A stretch of 64,000 nucleotides of DNA from the human T2T-CHM13v2.0 reference genome, Homo sapiens. Of this stretch, positions 13,922 through 26,243 are shown in pieces. Within the stretch, counting starts at the first letter, position 1. Each line of letters opens with the position of its first letter. The stretch lies in the NCBI RefSeq assembly GCF_009914755.1, contig NC_060947.1. One strand, written 5' to 3'. The position numbers and the translations under genes are program-made. A model generated the notes under the pieces. It worked only from the letters and a program-made list of their open reading frames with translations, was not told the origin of the DNA and did no database searches.

Positions 13922-14958
13922 GAGGGCTCTAAGGAAGTTAAAAGGTTTCACCTCTCCAAATATACCACCCTGAAAAACAAATCGGGAGAGATTAATATAA
14001 TAAACCATGAGCTTTCAACTGCCTTAAATGACACAGGAACAACTATATCTGTTATAAATCCCACCTTATTTAGAAACCCCATTCCTTGGAATAATGAAAA
14101 GATTAACATGGTGGGTGTTTTTAATAAAACTACCTCATCTTTCAAATCCAAACCTATACCTTACCATTTCATCAGATTTATTTTTCCTCTGAAGGCTCTA
14201 AACGTGACACACTCAGTAGGTTCCATGTATTCCTAATATGCCCCAGGGCCCCCGTCAATTTTGTGAGCTGTGATCTCCTCATTATCCATAATGCTCATAC
14301 CTCTTTTTCATCAAAAGTGAACTTTTTTTAGAATTGGAACAAGAAGATCAAAAAAAAAAAAAAAAAAACAACCAAATTAAAATCATCCTGGTAATGTACC
14401 ACAATTTAGTCCTAGCAATGTTAAAACATCATCTTGTGACTTGCAAAGTAAAATGGAGACAGAAAAGTAAATATTAGAGGAGAAGAGAGAACATTGGAAT
14501 AAAAAGCAGGGAATGGTGAGACTCCTTTTAGCCTCCCCAATCTTCCTGGTAACCCCAGAAGCAGAGCATTTGCTCACGGGTATCCCCTCTCACTTATGGT
14601 CCCAGGCAAATACAGACATAGGGAAAATATTCTCAGCCACTCCAATAAAGATTGAAATAAATGCAAGGAAACCCCTATCTGACCATAAACAATATCCTCG
14701 ATGACAGAAAGTCATAAATGAAATTGCCACTATCATACAAGATTATCTCAAAAAGGGGCTCATTATTCCCTGTACTAGCCCCTGCAACAGCCCTATATTC
14801 TCTGTAATACAAAAAAAGAAACAAACAAAAAAGGAGAGGATGAAAATTTGTACAGGACTTGAGGCCAATAAACAATATTATAATTCCCTGACACCCGGTA
14901 GTCCCCAACCCACATATCCTTCTATTAGCTATACTTACTATCAGCCAGTATTTCTCAG
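13922..14958 (+). pseudogene. pol: Degenerate ERV pro and N-terminal RT, truncated at about 14958
   Basis: ALNDTGTTISVINP protease motif (DTG at 14030-14038); RT motifs LWSQANTDIGKI, KQYP, IIPCTSPCNSPI, FVQDLRPINNII, HPVVPNPHILL, ending at SQYFS. Confidence 0.85.
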
Positions 14959-17900
14959 AAAATCAGTACAGCCCTTATTATTCTGAAGTCCATACATCAG
15001 TAGGCAGGTATGAAAGTGGCATGTGTATGTTAATAGCTTGCTGTTATTCTCTTCTAAAGTTTAAGTTGTCTAGCTTCAGTTCCCATGGCTTTAAGAGAGC
15101 ACAGCTTAAATTTTAGTAGTTTTGAATCAGGAAAAATGGGGGCGGGGCAAAGAAAGAAAAAAGAAAAAAATGAAAACATTATTTTGGAAACTTGTAGCCA
15201 GAAAAAATTTTAGAATTATTTCCAAGCCATAGAAAATAATAAAAATTGGAAAACATTAGATAACACTAGAACAACAGATGTACTACAGTTTATTTTGAAA
15301 TGTAATTTCACTCTCTCCAGTAATTTTTTTTACTAGAGATGAATCAAAAAACAAGTTCAATTGCAAAATAAGTTTTAGTCTTATTATACTGGGATGGATA
15401 ATTTGCATAAAGTCAGCAAAAATAATTATTTGCCACATAGGTACCTCCTTTGAAAAAAATAGCTTTGCTGGAAATTTATTCTTTCAGGAATCTCAAGTTT
15501 GACTTTAATGCCTTAAGCCCAGCCTGTGCCTGCAAACACCCATATTGATTGGGTGAATTTCTCACCTCTAAGTCCCAAGAAAATGTGGGGCTCCTGGGCC
15601 TGGCAGAAAGTGACATTCTTTACTTAGCACAGTTCAGGGACCTATGCAGGGAATGTGTAGACAAGGTATGAGGCCAGCTTTCACAAGGGGCTTTTATTGG
15701 CTCTATGTCAACTTTGATTCCTTATAAAAGTCTGTATCTGATAGCATGTCATTCCAGTCAAAACCTTGGTAAAATAACCAGTATCTCCAATTGTGTCCTG
15801 CTACAAAAAAATGATTCTTATTGCACTTATGCAAATAACTATATTGCCATAAGTTAAGAATACTCACAACTAGTTTCCAAACTTTGGAGAAATTAGGTAG
15901 AGAGACATGTGCTCCAAATTTTGTTTACAGTAGTATACTGTACTCAATTGTTAAAAGCTGTAAATAGCTGAAAAGAAAAGTTTACTTTGCTCTGAAAAAC
16001 AAAGAAATAATCAGCAATGTTTTTACCAAAAAGTCATAGAAGTATTATTTCTGTCTTTTATTAGTTCTGACCATGCAGTTACCTCTTGTACTACTAATAT
16101 TCATGAACATTGCAGCTCTCCATGGGAGTCTTAGAAGTATTTTCTCTATTTTAGTGTCATAGTCTTCAAAAACCTGCATTCCAGAGCACCTGTCAAGAGT
16201 CCCATGCTGATTATAAGAGCACCTTGTGAAAAGAATAAAAGTAAAACAACTGTGGATGACAAAAGTCATAAAACAGTCAGAGTTGATACGGAAACTTACT
16301 TCTGTGGCATACAGCAATTTTACATAATAATCATAATTGCTACTTCTAACATACAATAAAACATGTCAGAATCACAGAAATATAGAATTCTGGAACACAT
16401 ACTAATAACACATTTATAAATCCAAAGAAGGGTAAACACTTTTATATTTGACAATACTTCTTGTATGATTTTATTATATTAAATAAGCTGAATATGTCTC
16501 TTTTGGACTTCAGGGGACTAATAGTAATGAAGACCAAAGTTAGAATTTGACTTTGGAAAGTTTGTCAAATATGAAAAGTTTAAAACACTTGATATCATAA
16601 AATAGGATCACAGGCCATAGTAAAATAAATCATTCATTTAACCAAAGTGATAAACATTTAAAAAAAAAGTGAAAATCTTTATTCTTTGAAAAGGAGACTT
16701 AATTTTCCAAACAATAAGCCCTAATGAAAACAACATGAGGCCAATTTAATTTGTTTTTCAACATTTTATAAACAATATATAAAATTGTAATTATCTTGAC
16801 CATGAGATATAATTTCCATAAGCCTTTTTGCAACCTTTATAACCTTTATTAACCAGTAGGGTAATGCTTCAAGAAAATCTTGTTAATCTGACAAGGGGAC
16901 CTATATGTTGGTTTTGCATCAGCATGCATTCAACATCAATGGTTAATTTATGGAGAAACTGAACTTATTTTATCTCTCAAAATTGGCCCTTACAATCTCA
17001 CGTGACCACCTCTTCTGTAATAGTCCCTGGGCCTTGAGTGGTTGAATAATTTTAATTTCTGGGTCTCACAAACACAGTTTATTTTGATGGGCATCTTCTA
17101 CTGGGTCTGAAAATGAGGTTTTAACTGCTATCAGTCTTTCAGATTTAGCAGGACTTGGTGTCCTTTTTAGACCCATGGGTGAATGCCCAGTAACTTAATG
17201 GCACCAGAACTTTAAAAGCACATACAGGAAGTTGCACAGATGTAATAACTTTAACTTAAAAATAAATTGAATCTCAGTTTTCTCTAAGCAAATCAAACTT
17301 AGTAATTATGACATAGAAATTATTTCAATAAAGCTTATGATGTGTTTATTAAGCCAGTTACCCAAAGGCAAAAAATAGACCTTCTGCAGTGTGACTGCTG
17401 TTCCCTATGGGAAATATTACGTGGAAAGGAAACATTTCCTTTAGGCCTCAAAGGTAAAACATATCTTTTTTTCTTTTTTTGTGTAGCATCAGGCCACTAC
17501 AGTTAGACCCCAAAAGAAAAAAAAAAAAACTCACAGGAGCTGAAAACGAATTAAAAAATAGAGTTATTATTTCAGTCCATTTAAAAGGGGAGAGAAAGCT
17601 GAAAACAGTGAGACGCAATAAAAGTTGATGTATAAAAAAATTTAATGTCTTATAATTTGTTAAGAGTAAAGCAATGCCTTAAGAAAAGTTCGTAGTTTGA
17701 ACCAATTCTTTAGTGTATAAGTGTTTTTTAAGAATCAAAACCCAAGCTATAGAAAGACCATTATAATTCCCCTTTAATTATAGACAATTTGATCATAGAA
17801 AAGGTTCTCTTTTTTATATAAATCCTCTTACTACAACTTACACAGACCATTCTTGACATGCTTCGACTTTCTGGCTTGTCCTGAACATCAATCTTTCTTG

Positions 17901-20900
17901 AACAACCATTTACTTTAGGACAAAATTTACCATACAATATTCTTTCTCATATAAAGTTATTTTTCTTTGAGCTTTCTTACCAAAAACACCTCTTTATTTC
18001 TGTAACATTCTTTACATCTCTCTTATATCCTGGTTCCTTTCACCTTGTTTTATACATAACCTTCAAATAAGCTTTGAATTAGAGAAAAAGTCATACACCT
18101 TTTAAAAAAGGACACACATTTTTTAGAAAGAATATTTGCCCATGGTATTTTTATTGGAAAATATCCAATTAATGAAATTTCCATTATTTAATTTAATACA
18201 ACTTTAGATTCTAAATTATGGCAAGTTTGTTTCCAAGTATTTATCCCAGTACATTTACCTAATTATATTAATAGATTACTTAAAGTATTTATGAAAACTG
18301 TTATAGTCATCATTTAAAGTAATAAAACTGCAATTGCAAAATTATAACTGAGACAGTGAAAGAGATATGACCTAAGTGACTCCATCTTGCTTCTAACCTC
18401 CAAACTGTCTTTGTTCATTTTTTGGCATAGGCTGAACTAACTTTGGAAAGAACTAGTTTTTAGCACAGCTTTGAAACAAAGACTCTAACAGTCGTTTTCC
18501 AAAACAAACCCCTTTTTCTGCCTAGGAGCTAGACTGCCTAAAGCCACAAGATTAGAAATTATGGTTTAGGAGTCATGCAGCCAGAGGCTGCAAAATTTTA
18601 AATATCCCCAAATTGCTCCTGGGGATAATATCATCACTGTAAAATGTAAGATTAGTGCTTGAGATATTTTGCAGACCCTGCACTCAATGGATCAGCTGGA
18701 ACCACTCAGATTGATAAACTGGCTCATCTGGTCTTGTGGCCCCCACCCAGGAACTGACTCAGCAAGAGAACAGCTTCCACTCCCTATTATTTCATCTCCG
18801 ACCCAACCAATCAGAACTGCTTACTCACTGGCCCCCTACTCACCAAATTATCCTTAAAAATCTCTGATCCCCAAATTCTCAAGAAGATTGGTTTGCATAA
18901 TAATAAAACTCTGGTCACCTGCAGAGTTGGCCCTGCATGACTTTCTCTTTATTGCAGTTCCCCCATCTTGATAAATTGGCTCTGTATAGGCAGCAGGCAA
19001 GGTGAACCTGTTGGGTGGTTACAATTATTTTCCAGCCAGCCATTTTGTAGACTGTGGATTTCAGGTGTTTATCTAAGTAAAAATCTTAGGATTAAATATG
19101 TAGTTAATTTACTAAATAATTCAAAATTTAGTTATTCTCATTAACCCAATATTAATGTCTTATTTATCAAAAATTACACAAGCAAAGATTATTCTGTTTT
19201 GGGCTGGGTTTATAGTTTTGTAATCCTTAGGCCAAATTTTGACACCTTATAGTATTTGGCAGGGATAGGTATGAAATTTCTTAATAAATGCAAGCAAAAA
19301 TGTATGCTGGAATTTCTTAAGATATTTCTAATGTTACTTAACCAATCATTTTAAAGCTAGCTTATTAAAGAGTTTACTTAAGTCATGTGAACTTGAAAAA
19401 CATTTGGGATTATTAATTTATGAGTACTCTTTAAGCCCATTTGGTACCTTGTGGCCAAAAACATAACAAAATACATGTATGTACACATAAACACACACAT
19501 ACACCCATATAACCAAATATCCTATAGCTTTTACTTCATAACTCTAGTCATGAGATGTTAATACAAGTTAATTGGTCTGCAGAAACTGTAACAAAAGAAA
19601 TGGTTGGATGCATACAGTAAATTTTATCTCAGTAGACATGTAACAGCAGAATTAAAGAAGGCAGAAAAGAAAGCAGAGAGATAGAGAACTTGGGAACTTT
19701 ATACTTGCAGGTTGACCTTTGGACTCTGAATTTTCTTTGATGTAACTGTGCACAAAAAGACCACATACATCAATTTCACACAAACACTTGCAAGAAGAGG
19801 TGCCATGAAACCAAAGGAGTGCCTGAAAGGGGGTCATTCTCCTTGTTTTTCCTCATTCTTAGATTATTTGTTTCCCACTTTTTTAAAGGGAGGAATTGAG
19901 CTGCGGCCTAGGGTTCAGTGGAGTGGGTCAAAATGTGCTAGTTGTGGGTGGGACTCCACAGTGTGTCACCATTGAGTCATTTCCTCCCTCTTACATATCT
20001 CAGGTTCTCTCTCCCGAGGTCTAGACCTCAGAGACGGCTCGAAATGATATGGAGTTAACAGCTTCTACATGTACTTCCTGGACAAATCTTTCTAAACTAA
20101 TTTTGTTGGGGGTTCCCTGTAGTGTCACTGAATATGATGGGGGGCCAACCCCTCAGACATTCCCATTAGGCCTCTAGTCACCCAGAGGTGCCTTTTGGCT
20201 GGGAGGAGCAAAATGTGCTTTCTCTTCAGAGCTGAGGAAATTCATTCTCTCATTTACTTATGAAAAGAACAGTTAAGTTCCTCACACAAATGTGCAGACG
20301 AGCCAATCAAAATTAATTTCAGGATAAAAAGGCAATAAAAAGGAATCTTTACAATACGCCTCTGAACTAGCATTAGAATCCTAAATAATGACTTCCTAGA
20401 AGACAAAAAAATCCAGCCAGGAACACTTCCTGTAAACTGTTCTCAGCCACCTGTAACTTTGTAGATCTCACGCACTGTTACACAAGCCAAGGTCATATCC
20501 TCTCACAGTACAAGGCACTCTCTGGTACCCCCAAAGCCAAGGAGGTCAGGTAATGTAAAGCAGGAGAGCAGAGCTTTAGACCTAATAAGAATCTGCCCAT
20601 GACTCTAGAAAATCCGCAGAGAAAACCAAATACCCCAACAGGGGAGAGTGGTACCTTTGTTCTGAGTTATTTAAGGGGTTCTAGTCATTAGAAGCCTTCT
20701 CTAGATTTTTTTTGGCACTGAAGATGGTGAACGGGGCAGGGGTTATAAAGCAGAGGAAAAGTAAATGAAAGAAAAAAATTTTTAAGACAGGAAGCAAACA
20801 CAGAAAACAAGCGTGTTTGTTTGTTCTCCCTTTTGCAGCTGCAAGAAATTCTAGCCAATTCAGAGAGGCCTTATTAACCATAATTTGGAATTCTCATTCA

Positions 20901-21459
20901 GATTTGATTAAGCCAGGTAGAGTTGGTCAAATCTGATGAGAGAAAGACCAGAACAAACAAAAACAACAAAAACCCATCAATATGATTACTGAGTGCTCTA
21001 ATGGTAAAAAGATTTTAAGACCAGCTGGTTGTGAGTCTTAACTTTAGCCAAAACAAAACCCCAATTCAGCTGCTTACCTAGGGATGGGTCTTAGGCTAAA
21101 GACTGCTCTCTACTATTCTAGAAGCAGGAAATAACTCAAACTCACCTTCCCTGTTGGAAGTGAACTCAAACTCTAGAAATAAGTAACCTGCCTTCAATCA
21201 TTATGGAAGCAGGAAAACTTGCCTTCCTTGTTGGAAGCAAGTAAAAGTGCCAGAAATGGAGTTGTACAGCAAAATAAACTTTAGATCTTGACCAAATTTT
21301 AGGATATCAGGGATTCTTTGGAGAGAGTGCTTCCAGGCCTCAGCAAATTGTCCTACTGGTTTGAGCCATAAAGATAGCTCAATCTGATACCAAACACTGA
21401 TAGGAGATTTGTGAAAGGTAAAGGGCAACTCCACTCAGAATCCCACCATGGTTGCCAAA
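14959..21459 (-). mobile_element. MER4-type ERV internal region without a 3' LTR; contains an LTR8
   Basis: On the minus strand it directly follows the LTR at 21460-21995 with PBS TGGCAACCATGGTGGGAT; long AT-rich non-coding internal sequence typical of MER4-int. Confidence 0.75.
18323..19023 (+). mobile_element. LTR8 solo LTR, antisense to the host MER4 provirus
   Basis: TGCAAAATTATAACTGAGACAGTGAAAGAGAT...GACTCCATCTTGCTTCTAACCTCCAA start; GGCAAGGTGAACCTGTTGGGTGGTTACA end; degenerate TSD GTAA/ATTA. Confidence 0.85.
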
Positions 21460-21995
21460 TGTGAAGCCCAAATACCTGAGACAGGTCTCAGACAATTTAT
21501 GAAGTTTATTTTGCCAAATTTAATGATGTGCTCCCATAACACAGCCTCAGGAGGTCCTGACAACATGTGCCCAAGGTGGTCAAAGCAGAGTCTGGTTTTA
21601 TATATTTTAAGAAGACATAAGCCATCAATCAATATATGAAAGATGTACATTAGTTCTGTCCAGAAAGGTGAAACAATGTGAAGCAGGAAGGGGGATTCCA
21701 GGTTATAGGTAGATAAGAGACAAACAGTTGCATTTTTTTGAGTTTCTGATTAGCCTTTCCAAAAGAGGCAATTAGATATGCATTTATCTCAGTGAGCAGA
21801 GAGATAACATTTAGTTCTATCTTTCCTTTGTCCACAAGGAAATTCTTTGTGAGGGAGGTATGTAGCTTTTTTATCTTAGTAGCTATCTTTTTAAGGAATA
21901 GAATGTGAGGAAGGTTTGCCCTAAGGAGTTCCCAGCTTGACTTTTTCCCTTTGGCTTAGTGGTTTTGAGGTCCCAAGATTTATTTTCCTTTCACA
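21460..21995 (-). mobile_element. MER4A-type 5' LTR
   Basis: Minus strand starts TGTGAAAGGAAAATAAATCTTGGGACCTCAAAACCACTAAGCCAAAGGG and ends GGGCTTCACA next to the PBS. Confidence 0.88.
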
Positions 21996-22083
21996 ATGGT
22001 TATTAAGAAATGAGATATGCCAAACAAATACTGATAGGGTTGAAACAAAGACCTTAATACAGCACTATTGAAGGTTGAGTGGA

Positions 22084-22447
22084 TGATATGGTTTGGCTGT
22101 GTCCCCACCCAAATCTCATCTTGAATTGTACCTCCCATAATCCCCACATGTTATGGGATGGACCTAGTGGGAGGTAATTGAATTATGGGGGTGGGTTTTT
22201 CTCATGCTGTTCTCATGATAGTGAATATGTCTCATGAGATATGATGGTTTCATAAATGGTAGTTCCCCTGCACACATTCTCTTGCCTGCCACCGTTTCAG
22301 ATGTGCTTTTGCTCCTCTTTTGCCTTCCACCATGATTGTGAGGCCTCCCCAGACATGTGTAACTGTGAGTCCATTCGACGTCTTTTTCTTTGTAAATTAC
22401 TCAGTCTCAGGTATTTCTTCATAATGGTATGAAAATGGAATAATACA
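22084..22447 (+). mobile_element. THE1 solo LTR (THE1C-like)
   Basis: TGATATGGTTTGGCTGTGTCCCCACCCAAATCTC...TAATACA; TSD GTGGA/GCAGA. Confidence 0.92.
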
Positions 22448-23803
22448 GCAGACCAAAAAGATCCTTGCTGTTCTCTCAACACTAAAGGGCTTTGGAAAAG
22501 TCATCATATACCTTAAAGTATGGAGAAATTTAAAAAGCCAAATGGCAGAAATTGCAAGGAGAAACTTGGCCCTTGGGGCAGTAGTCAGGCAGATTAATCC
22601 GATAAAGATTGACAAAAGAGCCAGCATCCCTTGGCTCAACTCCCTCTCTGGGGACTCAAATCCTTATACACTGGGTGGGTAAAATGGTCACAGGGAAGAA
22701 AAGAGAAGTTTTGAGGACGTGTTTACATGGGAGCTCCTTATACTGTGGTATCAACCCAATTGATGAAGGCCTAATGCAGGCTTTCATTTAGTTAAGAGAA
22801 TATAGAAATGTAAGGAATAATAAGATTATAAAAGTTGGAATACTTACACGGTATGAACAGGTTATTTCTCCTTTACTGAATGTTTTATGTGAATGAATAT
22901 TACATTTGACTGGAGAATACTTCTACCTAGTATTGTAAAGAAAAACTTGTGATGAATTCTGAATGGAGATTACAGTTAGGAATATAAGGGTTGATAGGGT
23001 TAAAGTAAAAGTTTTGAGGAGAATTGGTATGTTTGAACAGGCTTTATGTGAAGGGGTTGTATCTCATTTACCTGGGTGTACTATGGGGTTGCATATTATG
23101 TCTGACTGAGGAACTGTTTCTGTAAAACAGAAGGCATGTAAAATCACCACTCAGGCAATATTAACTGGGCATGCTAAATGGGAATGAATAAGACTGTCTG
23201 AGCCCATGCAGTATAGATTAGAGGTTGGCGTGCTGGCACAGACACATTCTCTGTGTAGTAACTTCATAAGGAGCTTAGAATGGGGCTTCTATATTATACT
23301 TCTTGGTGAGAACTATTGGGACTTTGGACTAGAAAATTTCCATTTGAGGAGCAATTACTAGCCTATATTAAGTATTAGTTGACACTGCTCCTATAATTAA
23401 TAGGCAAAAAATAATACTAAAACTCAAAATACTCATTATGTCTTGGGTGATATAAGATAAACTATCCGATGGGAACAGCACTGCCCAGAATTGCCAAATA
23501 GAATTGAAATATTTTATAGAGGACCATGCTACTGAGAGAATGCAATGAGGAGATACTCATGAGCTGGAAGTTTCTTTTCCTCTAGGACTGACTTTGGAAG
23601 TGCTTGAGTTGCTGCTGGATTCTGCTGTCAATTGGACAGTGCCCTATAAACTGTTCTTGACAAACTAACAAAGAACTACTTGGTTTATGAAGAGTAATTC
23701 TAAGGGAATAGATAATATCCTGTTTGGAAGGCCACCACTTTGATAGAAGAAGGTATAAACAAATCAGCTCAGTAGGCTGAACTGCGTGCTACTGGCAACA
23801 ATG

Positions 23804-23805
23804 TT

Positions 23806-23836
<31 letters not shown>

Positions 23837-23933
23837 ATTTATATATATATATATTTATATATATATTTATATATATATAAATATTTATATATATATATAT
23901 AAATATTTATATATATATATATATAAATATTTA

Positions 23934-23970
<37 letters not shown>
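23804..23970. repeat. Interrupted (TA)n microsatellite plus poly(T)
   Basis: About 150 bp of TATATA with TTTA/AAAT interruptions, then a T run. Confidence 0.97.
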
Positions 23971-25590
23971 ACCAATCTGGCCATACTGTCAGGCAGAAAG
24001 ATGCCAGAAAACTGGTTTATTAAAGGGATGTCCATCTGGGGCAGGACCTGATGGGCATTTGAGGGGTGCATTAAATTAGAACATGTTGATGTCCATCAGG
24101 ACTCCCTTTCAGGTTTGAATGGTGATTGAAATCATATCCCTGTGTGCTTACTGTGTTCCATGAGTCCATGAAAAATGGATACGGAGGTACCGAAGCAGTA
24201 CAGAGATGGACTGAATCTAGACCTACTCCCCTTGCACCTTCTGAGGCAGAAAATGACAATAATACTTGTTTTTTCTGCCTGCAAAAGAAAGAATGCACAT
24301 GGCTATGTGGCAGATTTCCCAGGGGAAAGGCCTGAACATAGCTGGCAAGTCAAACTGATGCCAGTAGCCTCAGGGTAGCTATAAATGGGTCTTGACAGTC
24401 ATAGACACTGAAAGTGGACTGGGCTTTGCTTACCAAGTAGGAAATACAAACTTTCAGAGTGCTATACATTAACCAGAACAGATGATGTTGCACCAATTTA
24501 GACTGACGAGTCACATGTCTTTAGATCAAGAAATGCACTTTACAGCCCATAATGTTCATCAACAGGCAGTGAGATATTCTCCTCAGGGTAATAGTGTGAT
24601 ATAGAATAGGAATGGGAAATTAATATATTGATTGCCAAGATGGGCAGATAAAGACACGGAGGCCTGGCTTACATGCCTTCATGAGTGTGCGCTCATGCTC
24701 AACATGAGTGAGACCAAAGGTCTATCCACATTAGATACGTTCGTCTGCTTTCCTGGTGGAAATGGAGAGAAAGGCGTAATGGAGCGTGCTGCTACGATGA
24801 CTATATTTATATTTTTTTCCTTTTTTGCCCACATTTCCTCAACTTTTCTTTTTTCTACCTGATGCAGCGATCACAGGAACTGATGCAGCTACAAATGCCA
24901 AAACAGAAATAATTTCTAAGCAAGAAACTCTAACTATATTTTTAAACCTTCATGTCAGAATTCCTAAGGAACTGATGCATCAAGTTTTATTTTTACCCTA
25001 TCTGGCAAAACTGGGGTTTACAGTGAATGCTTCTGTGTTACCTAGAGGTCAAGATATCCCACTAGTTTTGTACGTACGTAAATCTACTATATATAAATGA
25101 AAACGGACTGAAGGGAAGAGACTTTTCTAGACTACTATTGTTATTTGCAATCTAGATCAGCACAGTGGCCAAACCTAATGTGCCTTCCAAAGTTTAAAAA
25201 GTTTGGGTATAAATGGAGAAAAGGAAGAATAGTTGCTAAGCGTAAAGGAATGAATAAACAGGTTATGTAATGAGGGAAATCTAATATTACATTTACACCT
25301 TGAAAGAGGTTCGGAGCAAGAGATGACATTTCCTCTTAGTTCAATCATATCAGATGCCTGAAAGGGTGATGCTGTATATTACTGAAACCACCTCTGCTTT
25401 CGGAACCTGACAAGATCAAATAGAAGCCCACAAACCTGAGTAAACTCTCTTTAGGAAGTATTTTCATACATTATAATGTTGAACTATACTAATTATTAAT
25501 GACTGAATAGGTCTCTAGTAATATACCATTATCTTGTAACATTTAACATTTTGTTACATGGGATCCATGGTCAAAAACTAAGGGGTAAAC

Positions 25591-26101
25591 TGTTATAATG
25601 AGAAATATGCTTGGTCTTCATTCCCAGTTCCTGGCACAGATTTTTTAAAGCTCTTAGAATTTCCTGAGTGACAAAAGTGCGTTTTGTTATTCATAATGAG
25701 GCCCTTTCGGTCACACCTTAGTTTTTGCTAATTAGGTGACAAGGTGGCAATCAAGATAGCCTCAGGTTGGGGCTGATCACTGAAAAGACCTAGTTATTAG
25801 AGGGTTGAAACTTTCAGACCCACCCCATTGACCTCTGGGAAGTGGAGGTGAGCAGGCTGGAGAGCAGGCTGTACAAAAACTCTTGAACAATGAGACTCAG
25901 TGACCTTCCAAGTTGCCGAACACACCCAGGTGCTAGAAAGGGCATGGAAACTCTATATACCACCGCCCTCCCCATGCCTTGCCCCACGCATCTTTTCAAT
26001 TTGGCTATCCCTTATCACCCTCCTCCCCATGCCTTGCCCCACGCATCTTTTCAATTTGGCTATCCCTAAGTTGCATCTTTTATGATAAACTAGTAAATGT
26101 G
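25591..26101 (+). mobile_element. MER21-family LTR, 3'-truncated
   Basis: TGTTATAATGAGAAAT...CCCAGTTCCTGGCACAGA...AGAATTTCCTGAGTGA...ATTAGAGGGTTGAAACTTTCAG. Confidence 0.8.
25967..26067. repeat. Two identical 46-bp direct copies separated by 9 bp
   Basis: CCTCCCCATGCCTTGCCCCACGCATCTTTTCAATTTGGCTATCCCT at 25967-26012 and 26022-26067. Confidence 0.95.
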
Positions 26102-26243
26102 AAAACAAAAACAAAAACAATTGGCCATAAATGCATGGGTTTATTTCTGAACTCTTCTCTGCTTTTAAAATGTAAATGTTTAATCCATTCAATGTAATGT
26201 AATCTTTTATAACTATTGGTTTAGGTTTACTATTTTGTTATTT

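Larger units (their letters stand above)
21996..25590 (+). mobile_element. ERVL-like internal region (MER21-int-like) with decayed RNase H and integrase; 5' part missing
   Basis: KSAQ*AELRA (RNase H-like, about 23761); HSWQV...YKWVLTVIDTESGLGFAY (integrase-like, about 24340-24435); purine tract AAGGGGTAAAC before the LTR. Confidence 0.7.

Noticed and set aside
8537-21995. Inverted LTR pair with similar first ~70 bp suggesting one giant TIR element
   Set aside because: The LTRs diverge beyond the shared MER4-group start, each has its own PBS, and the flanks (CAAT/ATGG) are not a TSD
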